A DNA stretch of 63,904 nt, counting the filler, from an uncultured bacterium (GTDB lineage: Bacteria; DAOPZR01): NCBI GenBank assembly GCA_964637655.1. It is 7 parts of 7 records of this genome, joined end to end, with 100 filler letters (N's around TTAATTAATTAA, not from the genome) between each part and the next. Parts side by side here need not be neighbours in the genome. Positions count along the whole stretch, not along the records: positions 9,519 to 18,903 come from CAZWUZ010000150.1; positions 19,004 to 28,369 come from CAZWUZ010000151.1; 5 more parts are not named here. The stretch is one strand, 5' to 3'. The notes under the pieces were generated by a model, which was given only the letters and a program-made list of their open reading frames with translations, had not been told where the DNA came from and did not search any database. This document shows, in pieces, positions 16,855 through 26,708 of the stretch (positions are counted from its first letter, which is position 1; every line of letters begins with the position of its first letter). The position numbers and the translations under genes were made by a program.

Positions 16855-18253
16855 AGTAGCGTTCATCCTCCATCCGGTAGATAAGATTGTAAGTGCAGGC
16901 GGGGATCAGGCGTCCCGGGGTCGCCGGCACCAGGTCGGGACAGGTCATCGCCCGGCTGCAGTCGAACGTGTCCTCGTCCATGTGAGCGTGCACGTAGACC
17001 GTGCGCACGCACGCATCGCTCAGCTGCTGGCGCGCGAACGCGCTCAGTTCCCGGTCCGCCGGGTACAGTTTCTCGACGATGCCGCGGAACACGCGCAGCG
17101 CCTCCGTCTCGCCGCGCGCGTAGAGCTGGTTGAGCCCGTCGCGCAGCAGCTGCGCATCGTCGTCGAGCCGGATCAGGTACGAATCGCGCATCAGCGCGAG
17201 CAGGCGGTCGCGCGGCACGCAGCGGGCCAGCGGCAGGAAACGGTCGCCGTCCTTGAGGAAGTAGGCGGTCAGATAGCAGAGCGGATGCGCGGACGGGCGC
17301 GGCAGGAAATCATCGATGGCCAGGCGCCCGCCGGAATGGCTGCATACCGTTGCCGCCGCCTCGTCAACCGGCAGATGCCGGCGTTCCGGCCACTGACCGC
17401 CTCCCTGCCCGGTATAGGTCATCGTCTGCACGGTGTAACTGAGAATGCTGTCATACTGCCGCATCAGCTCGAGGATGTCGCCGGCCGCCGCTTCGTTCAC
17501 GCCCGGGATCATCACCTGCAGCAGGGTCATCTTCACCCCCGCGCGGGTCAGGTTGTCGATGGCCCGCAGTTTGCTGCCGACCAGGTCGCGCCCGTGCAGC
17601 CGCCGCGACACCTCCGGGTCGAGCGTGTTGAACGAGAGCACCACGTAGACCCCGAGTTCCGCCAGGCGCGCGCAGAGGTCGGGATCTTCGGCCAGTTTCA
17701 GGCCGTTCGAGTTCATGGTGATGCGCCCGATCTCCGGACGCCGGCAGACGGCAAGGAGTTCTGTCAGTTGCGGATGCAGGGTCGGCTCGCCGCCGGTGAT
17801 GTTGATCAGGTCGACCGAGCCGGCGGCGGCGACGATCCAGTCGACCGTTGCCTGCATTTCCGCCACCGGCATGAAGTACTTCCGGTCGGGACGGTTGTAG
17901 GTGAAACAGATCGGGCAGTCGAGGTTGCAGGCGTTGGTGATGGAAAAGACCGGCAACTGGCAGGGGCTGGCATGCCAGGTGCACGGGCCGCAGTCGTGCG
18001 GGCAGCCGCGGCGCGGCGGCTGCGCCTGCGGCAGCGGCGCACGATCAGGAACCGACGCCAACGCCTGCCGCAGATACCACTCCGCGCTGCCGGCAATTTT
18101 CGCCGGCTGCGTGGTGCACGTCGGGCAGAGCGCCTGCTGCCAGACCGCGCCGTCGCGGAAGAATACCCGCGCCGGCACGATGGTGCGGCAGGTGCGGCAC
18201 ATCCCGCGCACCGTGGTGAAGTAGGTTTCCGCCTTCTCGTCAAGCCGCGGCAT
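16838..18253 (-). CDS. Radical SAM enzyme, Tes/GDGT-MAS (MJ0619)-like, copy B
   Basis: GMCRTC...LCPTC; GCPHDCGPCTWH; CNLDCPIC; TGGEPTLHP; AHPLC; C-terminal FDCSRAMTC...LIPACTYN. Confidence 0.82.
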   Translation of the reverse strand: MPRLDEKAETYFTTVRGMCRTCRTIVPARVFFRDGAVWQQALCPTCTTQPAKIAGSAEWYLRQALASVPDRAPLPQAQPPRRGCPHDCGPCTWHASPCQLPVFSITNACNLDCPICFTYNRPDRKYFMPVAEMQATVDWIVAAAGSVDLINITGGEPTLHPQLTELLAVCRRPEIGRITMNSNGLKLAEDPDLCARLAELGVYVVLSFNTLDPEVSRRLHGRDLVGSKLRAIDNLTRAGVKMTLLQVMIPGVNEAAAGDILELMRQYDSILSYTVQTMTYTGQGGGQWPERRHLPVDEAAATVCSHSGGRLAIDDFLPRPSAHPLCYLTAYFLKDGDRFLPLARCVPRDRLLALMRDSYLIRLDDDAQLLRDGLNQLYARGETEALRVFRGIVEKLYPADRELSAFARQQLSDACVRTVYVHAHMDEDTFDCSRAMTCPDLVPATPGRLIPACTYNLIYRMEDERYYVPTT

Positions 18254-18683
18254 GCAGTTCCCGCCAGAGCAGGCGCCGTCGCCCGGCGTCGGCATATTCG
18301 TGCAGCGCTGCCAGCTGCACGGTCAGTTCGCCGTCGGCCAGCGGACCGCCGCCGCTCGTCACCGTGCACGCGAGTGTCAGTTGTTCCGCCGTGCGGCCGC
18401 TGACAGTCAGCGTCGCTTCCAGCAGCGCACCGCGCCCGGCAACCGCGGCAAAGCGGAACTGCCCGACCCCGGCAAGCAGGCAGCACTGCTGCCAGTCCGA
18501 GCCGGCCATGACCAGCCACTGCGCCAGGTCGACACATGTGCCGATGATCAGCGACTCGGGATACTCACCCTTGCGGCCGAACGGCTTGTACAGCGAGTAT
18601 TCCTCGAAGGATACCGCCTTGCGGCCGCTGATCGCCTGCCACGGTGTCAGCGCGTCGATGCGGTCCACCAGCCGCCAGCGCAT
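18240..18683 (-). CDS. FabZ/FabA-like hotdog-fold dehydratase
   Basis: MRWRLVDRI...ISGRKAVSFEE...YPESLIIG: FabZ-like, but divergent at the usual catalytic positions. Confidence 0.7.
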   Translation of the reverse strand: MRWRLVDRIDALTPWQAISGRKAVSFEEYSLYKPFGRKGEYPESLIIGTCVDLAQWLVMAGSDWQQCCLLAGVGQFRFAAVAGRGALLEATLTVSGRTAEQLTLACTVTSGGGPLADGELTVQLAALHEYADAGRRRLLWRELHAAA

Positions 18684-18903
18684 CAGATGCCGCCGTCCAC
18701 GAACAGGTTCTGCGCGTTGATGTACGACGCGCGGTCGCTGACGAGGAACGCCACCATTTCCGCCGCCTCCGCCGGTTCGCCGGGCCGGCCGGCGGTGCAG
18801 TACTTCATGTATTCCGCCAGTTCGCGCGGCGGCACCATTTTCCCCACGCCCTCGGTAAGCAGTCCCGGCACCACGGCGTTGACCCGGATATGATAGCGCG
18901 ACA
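18683..18903 (-). CDS. FabG-like short-chain dehydrogenase, C-terminal fragment
   Basis: IRVNAVVPG...GRPGEPAEAAEMVAFLVSDRASYINAQNLFVDGG. Confidence 0.82.
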
Positions 18904-19003
18904 NNNNNNNNNNNNNNNNNNNNNNNNNNNNNNNNNNNNNNNNNNNNTTAATTAATTAANNNNNNNNNNNNNNNNNNNNNNNNNNNNNNNNNNNNNNNNN
19001 NNN

Positions 19004-19804
19004 CGCGTCTACTTCCGCCCCGGCGACGACGCGCGCGCTGAACCGGCCGTCGCGACCGCGGGCGAAACACCAGACCGCGTGCCCCTGCAGCAGGCGCAGG
19101 TGCGCTCCTTCGGGCGCGGTCACCGCCAGCGCCAGGTCCCACCAGGCGATACTGACCAGCATGGCGAGCAGGCCGGGCGCCACCGTCCAGGTCGTGTCAT
19201 CCGCACCGGCAATCAGCCAGCCCTCGTTGGCAAAGAGTGCGAGCAGTCCGTCAAGCGCCTCGTCGTCGGGCACTGGTGACGTTTCTTCACCCAGCCGGGC
19301 GAAGCCGTGCACCAGTGAGCCGGGCTGCCCGCCGGCCAGTGCCTGCCGCACGGCGTCCGTGGCAACCGTCAGGGCGGGGGCATCCGGAGACAGGTCATCC
19401 GGCACCGGACAGGCGGCACGCAGCAGGTCAGCGAGCGCGAGAAAGAGCGCACTCCCCGTCGGCGCGAGTGCCGGCAGTTCCGCCAGCGGCAGGGGGAGCG
19501 GCGGCAGCGCCCGCAACGCACCACCCAGCCATGCCACCAGTTCCGCGTCAGTAAGCGGAAAGCGCAGGCGCAGTCCGCCGTCGGCCTCGGGCGTTGAGAC
19601 CACCCAGCCGGCAGTGCCGCGGCCGGCGCGGTACGGCCACGGCTCGCCGCATCGCGCCGCGCGCCGGCCGGTCAGCACGCGCACCGGCTGCTGCAGCGTG
19701 CGCACCGCCGCCGCCAGTTCCGTCGCCGGCACGTGTTCCGCGGCCAGAGTCCCGGCCAGCGCAGCGGCCAGCCGGTCAGCGGTGAGGATCAGGTCATGGG
19801 CCAT
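19004..19804 (-). CDS. Hypothetical protein (3' end lost at contig edge)
   Basis: ATG 4 nt downstream of the upstream stop; no recognisable motif. Confidence 0.6.
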
Positions 19805-19808
19805 CGTC

Positions 19809-22800
19809 TCACCCCTGCCGCGCCATGCCAAGCGCCTGGAACTGCCCGGCGACCTTGTTGGCGAACTCGTCAAACCCGCCGGTAAAGCCGGCGCCGCGCA
19901 GCGCCCGGTCAACCGACTCGAAGTTGCCGGTACCGGTAACGTCGGCCCCCTTGATGATGTTCATTCCGCGCTCCATTTGCGGCGTCAGGTTGCCGACCCG
20001 GTACCCCTGCTGGCGGTAGCCGCCGCGCACGGCGTTGAGCGTGCTGACCGCTTTCTGCGCCTGCGCCACCCCCTCGAGTCGGGGCGCGCTGTGTCCCGGT
20101 TCGATCCCGGTCATCTTCTGGTGCCACATGTTGCCGAACTGCGCGGGATCGCGGAGTGTCGACTTGCCGCGGATGACATTGACGATGTTGGAAATCTGCC
20201 CGTTCTGCGTCGCGTAGTCGGGGCTCGCCTCGATGTCGAAGCGGTCGGTGGCGCGCCAGTTCAACTGCTGCAAACTGTTGCCGCCCGACAGCCGCCCGAT
20301 AATGCGGTTCGACTGGTTGCGCCACAGGTCGGCGGACACCTCGCGCCACGTCCCGTCGGGATTCTGCATGGTGACGCGGAAATCGCGGTCGGCGCCGACG
20401 GCCGAGCCCGCCTTGTGCGGGGTGGAGAACGACTCGACGCGGACAACCCGGCCGCGATAGTCAGGGAGCGAGCGCACGAAATCGACCAGTTCGCGGTCAT
20501 GCGGCTGCACCAGCGTCTGGTTGTAGGTGCGCAGGAAGCCCTGCTGCACATCCGGCGGCGCGGTCTTGAGCGAGCGCAGCAGTTGCGGGTCGCGCTGAAT
20601 GGCGATCATGTCCGCCGCGGTCATGCGCGGCGGCGTGCCGGTCATGCGCGACACCGCATCCTTGATCGCCTGCGGCATCTTGAACTGCCAGTTCATCCGT
20701 CCCATGAGGAACTGCACGACGAGACGGTCGCGCACCGTGCGTGCCGTCTGCTTCATCGCGTCGCACATCGACATGCCGCGCGCGATGTTGGAGGCGAACT
20801 GGAACCCGACATAGATGGCCCAGGCCGCCGCCTTGCGTTCCGGCGTCTGCCCGAGCACCCGTTCGAGTATTGCCGGGTCAGTGACCATGCCGCCGACGAT
20901 AAGCGCGCCCTGTGCCACGACATCCTGCCAGTTGAGCGTCTGTTCGAGTTCGACGACAATCTCCCAGAACCAGTCGTCGACCTGGTCAAACCCGCGCTCA
21001 TAGCCGACCACCATGATGTTCTCGATCAGCGACTTGAGGATGGGCGCGCCGATGACCCCGAGCGGACCGAAGGCCACCCCGGCCGCCGCCTGGAAGACGA
21101 GGTCCGACCCCCACTTGAGGTTCTCGGTAAAGAAAAGCGCGCGGTCCTCCCACTTCTCCTGCGAGCGGTACCCTTCCGCCCCCTCAGCGAGGATCAGGTT
21201 CTGCGCAATCTTCCAGATTTTCAGGCGGAAGAGTTTGAGCCCCTCGTGCCCGAGCACCTGCGCGTGGCGGTCGATCATCTCCCGGAGACGGCTGTGCATC
21301 GGCTCGGAGACGAAGCGGATGGCGCGGTAGCAGCCGTCGCGCTCACGCCGCCAGTCCTCGCTGCCGACATCCGGCTCGACCACCTGCAGCGCCAGGGTGA
21401 ACTCCGCCGAGAACTCCGCGCGGTCCTCCTTGCCGATGACGCGCACGACCATGGGAATGGCGAAGGTCTGGCCCGGATCGCCGGGAATGAGGTCGCGGCT
21501 GCGCCACGTCCAGATGCCGGAGTTATTCTCGCCCGGACGGTCATACTTGTATTCCGGATTGGCCACGGAGAGCAGGTTGCGGATCTCCTGGGAGGGGGCA
21601 TTGTCCTCGAACCACAGGTCCTGCACGAGCTGCGTATCGGCGACAAGTTTGCCCTCCGCGTCCTTCGCTTAGACGACGTATTCGATTTCCTTGCGGATCT
21701 CCCGGTAGCACTTGTGCAGGACCCGGCCGGCGCCGGGGCGGCCGCGCGGCAGCACGACCAGTCCCTCGCGCGCGAGGATGACGGGGAGAATGCGCTCGAG
21801 TTCCTTGTCACCCTGCCGGGCGAAGATGTGCAGTTTGGTCGTTACCGACGCGCCGCTCACCCCCTCGGGCGAGGTCGCAGGCGGTGTCACCGCCACTTCG
21901 ATGACGCCCGGGGTCGCGGTCTCCGTAAAGCCGGTGCTGCCAAGCTGCTCATTGTCGAGCGTAAGTTCCCACTGCCACGGTTCGCTGCCGGGATTGGTGA
22001 GGAACGCCTTGAAGGTCACCGGCGTGTTCTCGCCCTGAATGAGCGTAACGGTGTCGGGGCGGAGATCGACATCGAGTTCCGGCAGGCCGAGCAGTTCGAG
22101 CGACGCCGTCGCCGACAGTTCCTGCTCCCCGGCGGTCGCGCTGATGCTAACGGTGACCGGACTCGGCGGCTGGCGGGTGACATCGCTCCCCTGCGGGTCG
22201 GAGGCCTCGAGGGCGACGGCGGTCCACGTCGCGTCCCAGGCGACCGGGTCGCTCATATCGAGCCATTCGTTCCCCTTGCTGAACGAGATGGTCGCCGTAT
22301 CGCAGGGATTCTCGGTGCCGTCGGCGGCGACGAGCACCACCTTCGCCTTGAGCACCGCCTGGTCGCGCCCGTCAGGAACGATGGCGCGTTTGCCCCCGTC
22401 GAATTCGTGCACCAGTTTCGGCTCACCGCCGATGAGCACGGTGCAGCGCGCGGAGGCCGACACGCTGCCGCCCGGCGTCGGCGCGCTCGCGTGCAGGGTC
22501 AGCGCGTAAGCTCCGGCCGCGAGGGTGGTCAGGTCGATTTCGTTCATCGTCAGGGTGAGGGTACGGGTCGCGCCCCCCTGGCTGTCGTCAGCAACGCTGA
22601 ACCATTCCGCCGCGCCGCCGGCGACACTGAAATTCATCGCCCCGGCCGCCGCCGCGGGATCGCCTTCCGGATCGTTCGTGGTCACGGTAAATGACGCGGT
22701 GAACGACGCGCCCGGTTTCCCGTCGAGCCGGGCCGGGCCGCCGCTGCCATGCAGCGCCCAGCGCGGCGGTTCCGGTTCCTCCGCCTCTTCGCCGTCGAGC

Positions 22801-23903
22801 GGCGGCACCAGCGGCCCGACGGCGCCGCCGACGCCCGGCGGCAGCCCGCGCACGCCCGCTTCAAGCGCACCGTCCGAAGTGATCCAGCCGCCGAGGTTCG
22901 AGCCGGATTCCCGCCAGCCCCCGTCATCCGCCCACGCCGCTTCGGTGAACAGTACGGAAAGGAAACCGTAGGCGGCAGCGGTCGCCGTGCCGAGGATGAG
23001 CAGGCCGGCGACCGGGGCCGGCGGCTGCGCCGGCGGTACCGCGCCGCGCAGAAAGACAAAGGCGCCATAGAGCAGGGCCGCACCGACGAGGAAAGCGAAC
23101 GCCGCCTGTGACAGCGCCAGCCCGGCATTGATGATGCCGCCGGTCAGCGTGCTGACATCGAACTGGACGAGCAGGATGCCGGCGAGCAGGAAACCGGGCG
23201 CCAGCCCGGCGATGACCCCGCGCAGCAGTTTCAGGTTGAGCGCCGTGCGCGCGAATCCCTGCTGCCCGAGCCGCGCCACCGAGCGCGACCACGCGGCCGA
23301 GAGAAACATCGCCAGCAGATAGCCGGGGCGCGACATGCCGAAGAACGTCAGCCCGAGGGCGAGCGAGAAATTGGCCGGCGTGTTGAGGCGCGGGATGATG
23401 CCGAAGGTAACGATGGTGACGCCGGCGAGCACCGCATTGAGCGTCAGTGCCGCCCCGGTGCCGAGCAGAAAGGCGCCGCGACCCGGCCGCCCGTTGGCGG
23501 TCGCCTGGCGGTAGAGCAGTACCGGGCGGGTAAGGAAATGCGTTATGGCGCCAAGCGGCCCCATACGGAAAACCGAGGTGAGCAGCGACCAGAGAAGCGC
23601 CGACGAGAACCCGTAGAGCAGGAACGAGGAGATGGCATTGCCCGAGACGTTGAGAAACGGCGAGAGCCAGGTGTCGGGGGCGAACCCCTCATTGGCATAG
23701 ACGACCAGAAACGTGTGGATGAGCCAGGTGACGATGAAAATGAAGCCCATTACCGGGAGACGCGGCAGCAGGTAGCGCAGGAGCATCCCCGGCAGCATCT
23801 TGAGGGCATCAGTCGCCCCGCCCCCGAACGCGGCGATGAACGCCTCGGCCGAACCCGGTTGCGGACCGCGACCGCCGGCCGGCGGCTGCTGCGGAGTTGT
23901 CAT
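19809..23903 (-). pseudogene. Large membrane-anchored protein (~1364 codons) interrupted by one in-frame TAA at 21669-21671
   Basis: ORFs 21669-23903 and 19809-21626 share a frame and read EIEYVV*AKDAEGKLVADTQLVQDLWF across the stop. Confidence 0.65.
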
Positions 23904-23936
23904 GGCCTTCTCCCTGACTCCGATATGGTGGGCATC

Positions 23937-25010
23937 CTAACACCGCCCTCCGTCACCGTCAACGGGCGCCGGACGGAACCCGCGAATGACAATCCAGATG
24001 GCGACCGGCGCGAGCAGACCGGCGGCGACAGCGAGGTGGAAGAACAGGTGCGGGACCCCCTCGCGGGCGACGAGGAAGAGCATATAGCCGGCAAAGACCG
24101 CCAGCAGCAGCGCCCCCTCACTGCGGCCGATGCGGTGCCGGCTGAACGCGACGAGCATGAGCAGTGCGGAGACCGCGAGGAGCACGGGGAGGTCGGTGGC
24201 GCGCACCACGGGGGAAACCGCCAGCGGGGCGGGGGCGCAGAGCGCGGCGGTGCCGAGGATGCCCAGCAGATTGTAGATATTGGAGCCGACGACGTTGCCG
24301 ACCGCAATACCGCGCTCGCCCTTGTACGTGGCGGCGAGCGAGGCGGCAACTTCGGGGAGCGAGGTGCCGCCCGCAACGATGGTCAGCCCGATGACCAGCT
24401 CGCTCACCCCGAGCGCGCGGGCAAAGGCGGCAGCACCATCGACAAACCAGTCAGCGCCAAGCACAAGAAACCCGAGCCCGGCGAGTGTCAGAGCGGAACC
24501 GGCCAGCGCCGCCCGGGCGCGGGACCCTGGCGCCACGGTGCCACTTGTCGCGACGGCGGCGGCGCGTTCCGTGCGCACCACCAGCCAGGTGTAGGCGCCC
24601 AGCAGCAGGACAAGCAGCGCCCCTTCACTTCGCGTCAGTGTACCGTCAGCGGCAAGCGCAGCCACCAGCAGCGTGGCCAGCAGCATGGCGCCCATATCAC
24701 GCCGGAGGAGCAGCGGGGCGATGGCGAGCGGCACCAGCAGCGCACACGCGCCGGTAATCAGCGCGCTGTTGAAGATGTTCGACCCGATAACATTGCCGAC
24801 CGCCACATCCGCCGACCCGGCCCACGCCGCCATGACACTGACCGCCAGTTCCGGCGCGCTGGTCCCGAAGGCAACGATGGTCAGTCCCGCCACCAGCGGC
24901 GAGATGCCGAGCAGCGTCGCGAGACGCGTCGCACCGCGCACGAGCAGTTCGCCCCCCAGCGCGAGCAGCAGCAGACCGCCGGCGAGCAGGCCGGCAATGG
25001 CCGGGGTCAT
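23937..25010 (-). CDS. Ca2+/Na+ antiporter (YrbG/CaCA family)
   Basis: Two alpha repeats, GTSAPE...GNVIGSNIFN and GTSLPE...GNVVGSNIYN. Confidence 0.92.
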   Translation of the reverse strand: MTPAIAGLLAGGLLLLALGGELLVRGATRLATLLGISPLVAGLTIVAFGTSAPELAVSVMAAWAGSADVAVGNVIGSNIFNSALITGACALLVPLAIAPLLLRRDMGAMLLATLLVAALAADGTLTRSEGALLVLLLGAYTWLVVRTERAAAVATSGTVAPGSRARAALAGSALTLAGLGFLVLGADWFVDGAAAFARALGVSELVIGLTIVAGGTSLPEVAASLAATYKGERGIAVGNVVGSNIYNLLGILGTAALCAPAPLAVSPVVRATDLPVLLAVSALLMLVAFSRHRIGRSEGALLLAVFAGYMLFLVAREGVPHLFFHLAVAAGLLAPVAIWIVIRGFRPAPVDGDGGRC

Positions 25011-26068
25011 GGCAGCGCCGCCACCGCGGCGGCGGAGAGGCGCAGCACGCCGTCACGGGTACCGAGCCACAGATTGCCCTGCACGTCGGCGGTCATCACC
25101 TTGATCTCGTTGTGACAAAGCCCGTCGGCGGTGGTCAGCACGCGCCAGCGCCCCTGCCGCAGGTAGGCGAGCCCGTCGTATTCCGAACCGACAAAGATGG
25201 TGCCGTCAGGATGCACGAAAAGCGAGCGCGCCTTGGCGCCCGCCAGCCCGTCGGAGGCGGTCAGCGTGCGGGCGATGTGCCAGCCGGTATCAGCCAGTGT
25301 CATGACCGCCACGCCGCCGCGGTCGAGGAAGCCGGTCGCCACCCAGACCTCGCGGTCACCGACCGGGACGATGGCATTGATGTTGTTGTGCGGCAGTCCG
25401 TTGGCGGTGGTGAAATACGCGATTTGCCTGCCATCCCACACCGTCAGCCCGCCGCTCGGCGCGCTATACGAGCCGAGCCAGCAGGCCATGCTGTCGGTCG
25501 CATCACGCCGCCGCGCCGGCAGCAGGGTGATGACATTGACCATGTCCGTCAGGTTCCCTATTTGCAGGCCGCCGGCATCGCCCGTCGTCCGGTCAATGAC
25601 GGTCAGGCCCTGCCAGCCGCCCGCCCAGACCGCGTTGTCCGCAGCGACGGCCAGCGCTTTTACTTCGCCCGGCACGCGCGTGTCGCTACGCCCGTGCTGC
25701 AGGTCGGTGAACAGACCGCGGTCGGTACCGACCCACGCCCCGCCGGGAAGTCCCGTATCGGGGAGAATGGCGTTGACGAACAGGCCGCCGTCACCGTCGG
25801 GCGGCAGCAGGCGGCGGACCTGCCCGTCGGCGAAGCGGATGAGATGCAGTCCGTCCCGGCCGCCGGCGAGCATGCCGTCGGCGCGCGCCCCGAGCGCCTG
25901 CACGTCATGCGGCGGGCGGAACACCGTCCAGCCGTCAGGGAGCGGCACGGGCGGGGGCATGAAGAGCCAGCGGCTGACCGCAAAAGCGACAGCAGCCACA
26001 GCGCCCAGTCCGAGCCAGAAACGGAGCGCGAGGCGGAGTTCGGCTGCCGTGAGGCGCGGTTCAGCCAT
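25007..26068 (-). CDS. Membrane-anchored beta-propeller (Reg_prop repeat) protein
   Basis: Repeats TTANGLPHNNINAI and TTADGLCHNEIKVMTADVQGNLWLGT; N-terminal TM helix. Confidence 0.8.
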   Translation of the reverse strand: MAEPRLTAAELRLALRFWLGLGAVAAVAFAVSRWLFMPPPVPLPDGWTVFRPPHDVQALGARADGMLAGGRDGLHLIRFADGQVRRLLPPDGDGGLFVNAILPDTGLPGGAWVGTDRGLFTDLQHGRSDTRVPGEVKALAVAADNAVWAGGWQGLTVIDRTTGDAGGLQIGNLTDMVNVITLLPARRRDATDSMACWLGSYSAPSGGLTVWDGRQIAYFTTANGLPHNNINAIVPVGDREVWVATGFLDRGGVAVMTLADTGWHIARTLTASDGLAGAKARSLFVHPDGTIFVGSEYDGLAYLRQGRWRVLTTADGLCHNEIKVMTADVQGNLWLGTRDGVLRLSAAAVAALP

Positions 26069-26708
26069 TGCTCAGTTGTCCTGCCTGCAGCAGCACGCGC
26101 CGGTCACAGCGCAGGCCCGGTTCCGGCTCGTGGGTCACGTGGATGCAGGCCGCGCCGGTCGCCGCCAGTTCCGTCTCCAGCAGCCGGATGACCGCGGCAC
26201 GGCTCATGGGATCGAGCCAGACCAGCGGTTCGTCGAGCAGCAGCAGCGCCGGGCGCGCGGCAAGCGCGCGCATCACCGCCACGCGACGCGCCTCGCCCCC
26301 CGACAGCGTGCCGGGACGCCGGGTCCCATAGCCCGCCAGTCCGCCGGCGGCGAGCAGTTCCGCCACCCGTGGCGCGGCGGGAGACGCGAGTCCGAAGCCG
26401 ATATTCTCCGCCACGGTCAGATGCGGCCAGAGCGCGTTCTGCTGGAAGACGAAACCGAGGCCGCGCGCGTGCGGCGGCACCGCCACCCCGTCACCGCTGA
26501 CGACACACCCGCCGCAGTGCACGCTGCCGCCGCCCGGTTCATCCAGCCCGGCAATCAGGCGCAGCAGCGTCGTCTTGCCGCTCCCCGACGGGCCGCAGAG
26601 CAGCAGACGTTCGCCGGCAGCGAGCTCGAGGTCGAGCGGCCCGAGCCGGAACGCACCCGCGCCATACCGCAATCCGCGCAGCATGAGCGCCGCGGTCATG
26701 CGCGCCAC
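26061..26708 (-). CDS. ABC transporter ATP-binding protein
   Basis: GPSGSGKT, LSGGE, LLLDEP, H-loop. Confidence 0.9.
   Translation of the reverse strand: MARMTAALMLRGLRYGAGAFRLGPLDLELAAGERLLLCGPSGSGKTTLLRLIAGLDEPGGGSVHCGGCVVSGDGVAVPPHARGLGFVFQQNALWPHLTVAENIGFGLASPAAPRVAELLAAGGLAGYGTRRPGTLSGGEARRVAVMRALAARPALLLLDEPLVWLDPMSRAAVIRLLETELAATGAACIHVTHEPEPGLRCDRRVLLQAGQLSNG

Noticed and set aside
12803-18253. Calling the Tes-like proteins methanopterin methyltransferase or MoaA
   Set aside because: That was an older annotation of the MJ0619 family. There are no pterin or molybdopterin genes here and the context is fatty-acid enzymes.
18683-19804. Linking the lipid cluster to contig 3 or to the flagellar genes
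   Set aside because: They are separated by artificial linkers, so adjacency is not evidence.
21669-21671. Stop-codon recoding (Sec, Pyl or an alternative genetic code)
   Set aside because: The codon is TAA, which ends other genes here; no other internal stops were seen.
19161-22694. 1177-aa plus-strand ORF
   Set aside because: Antisense shadow of the large minus-strand gene in GC-rich DNA; no motifs.
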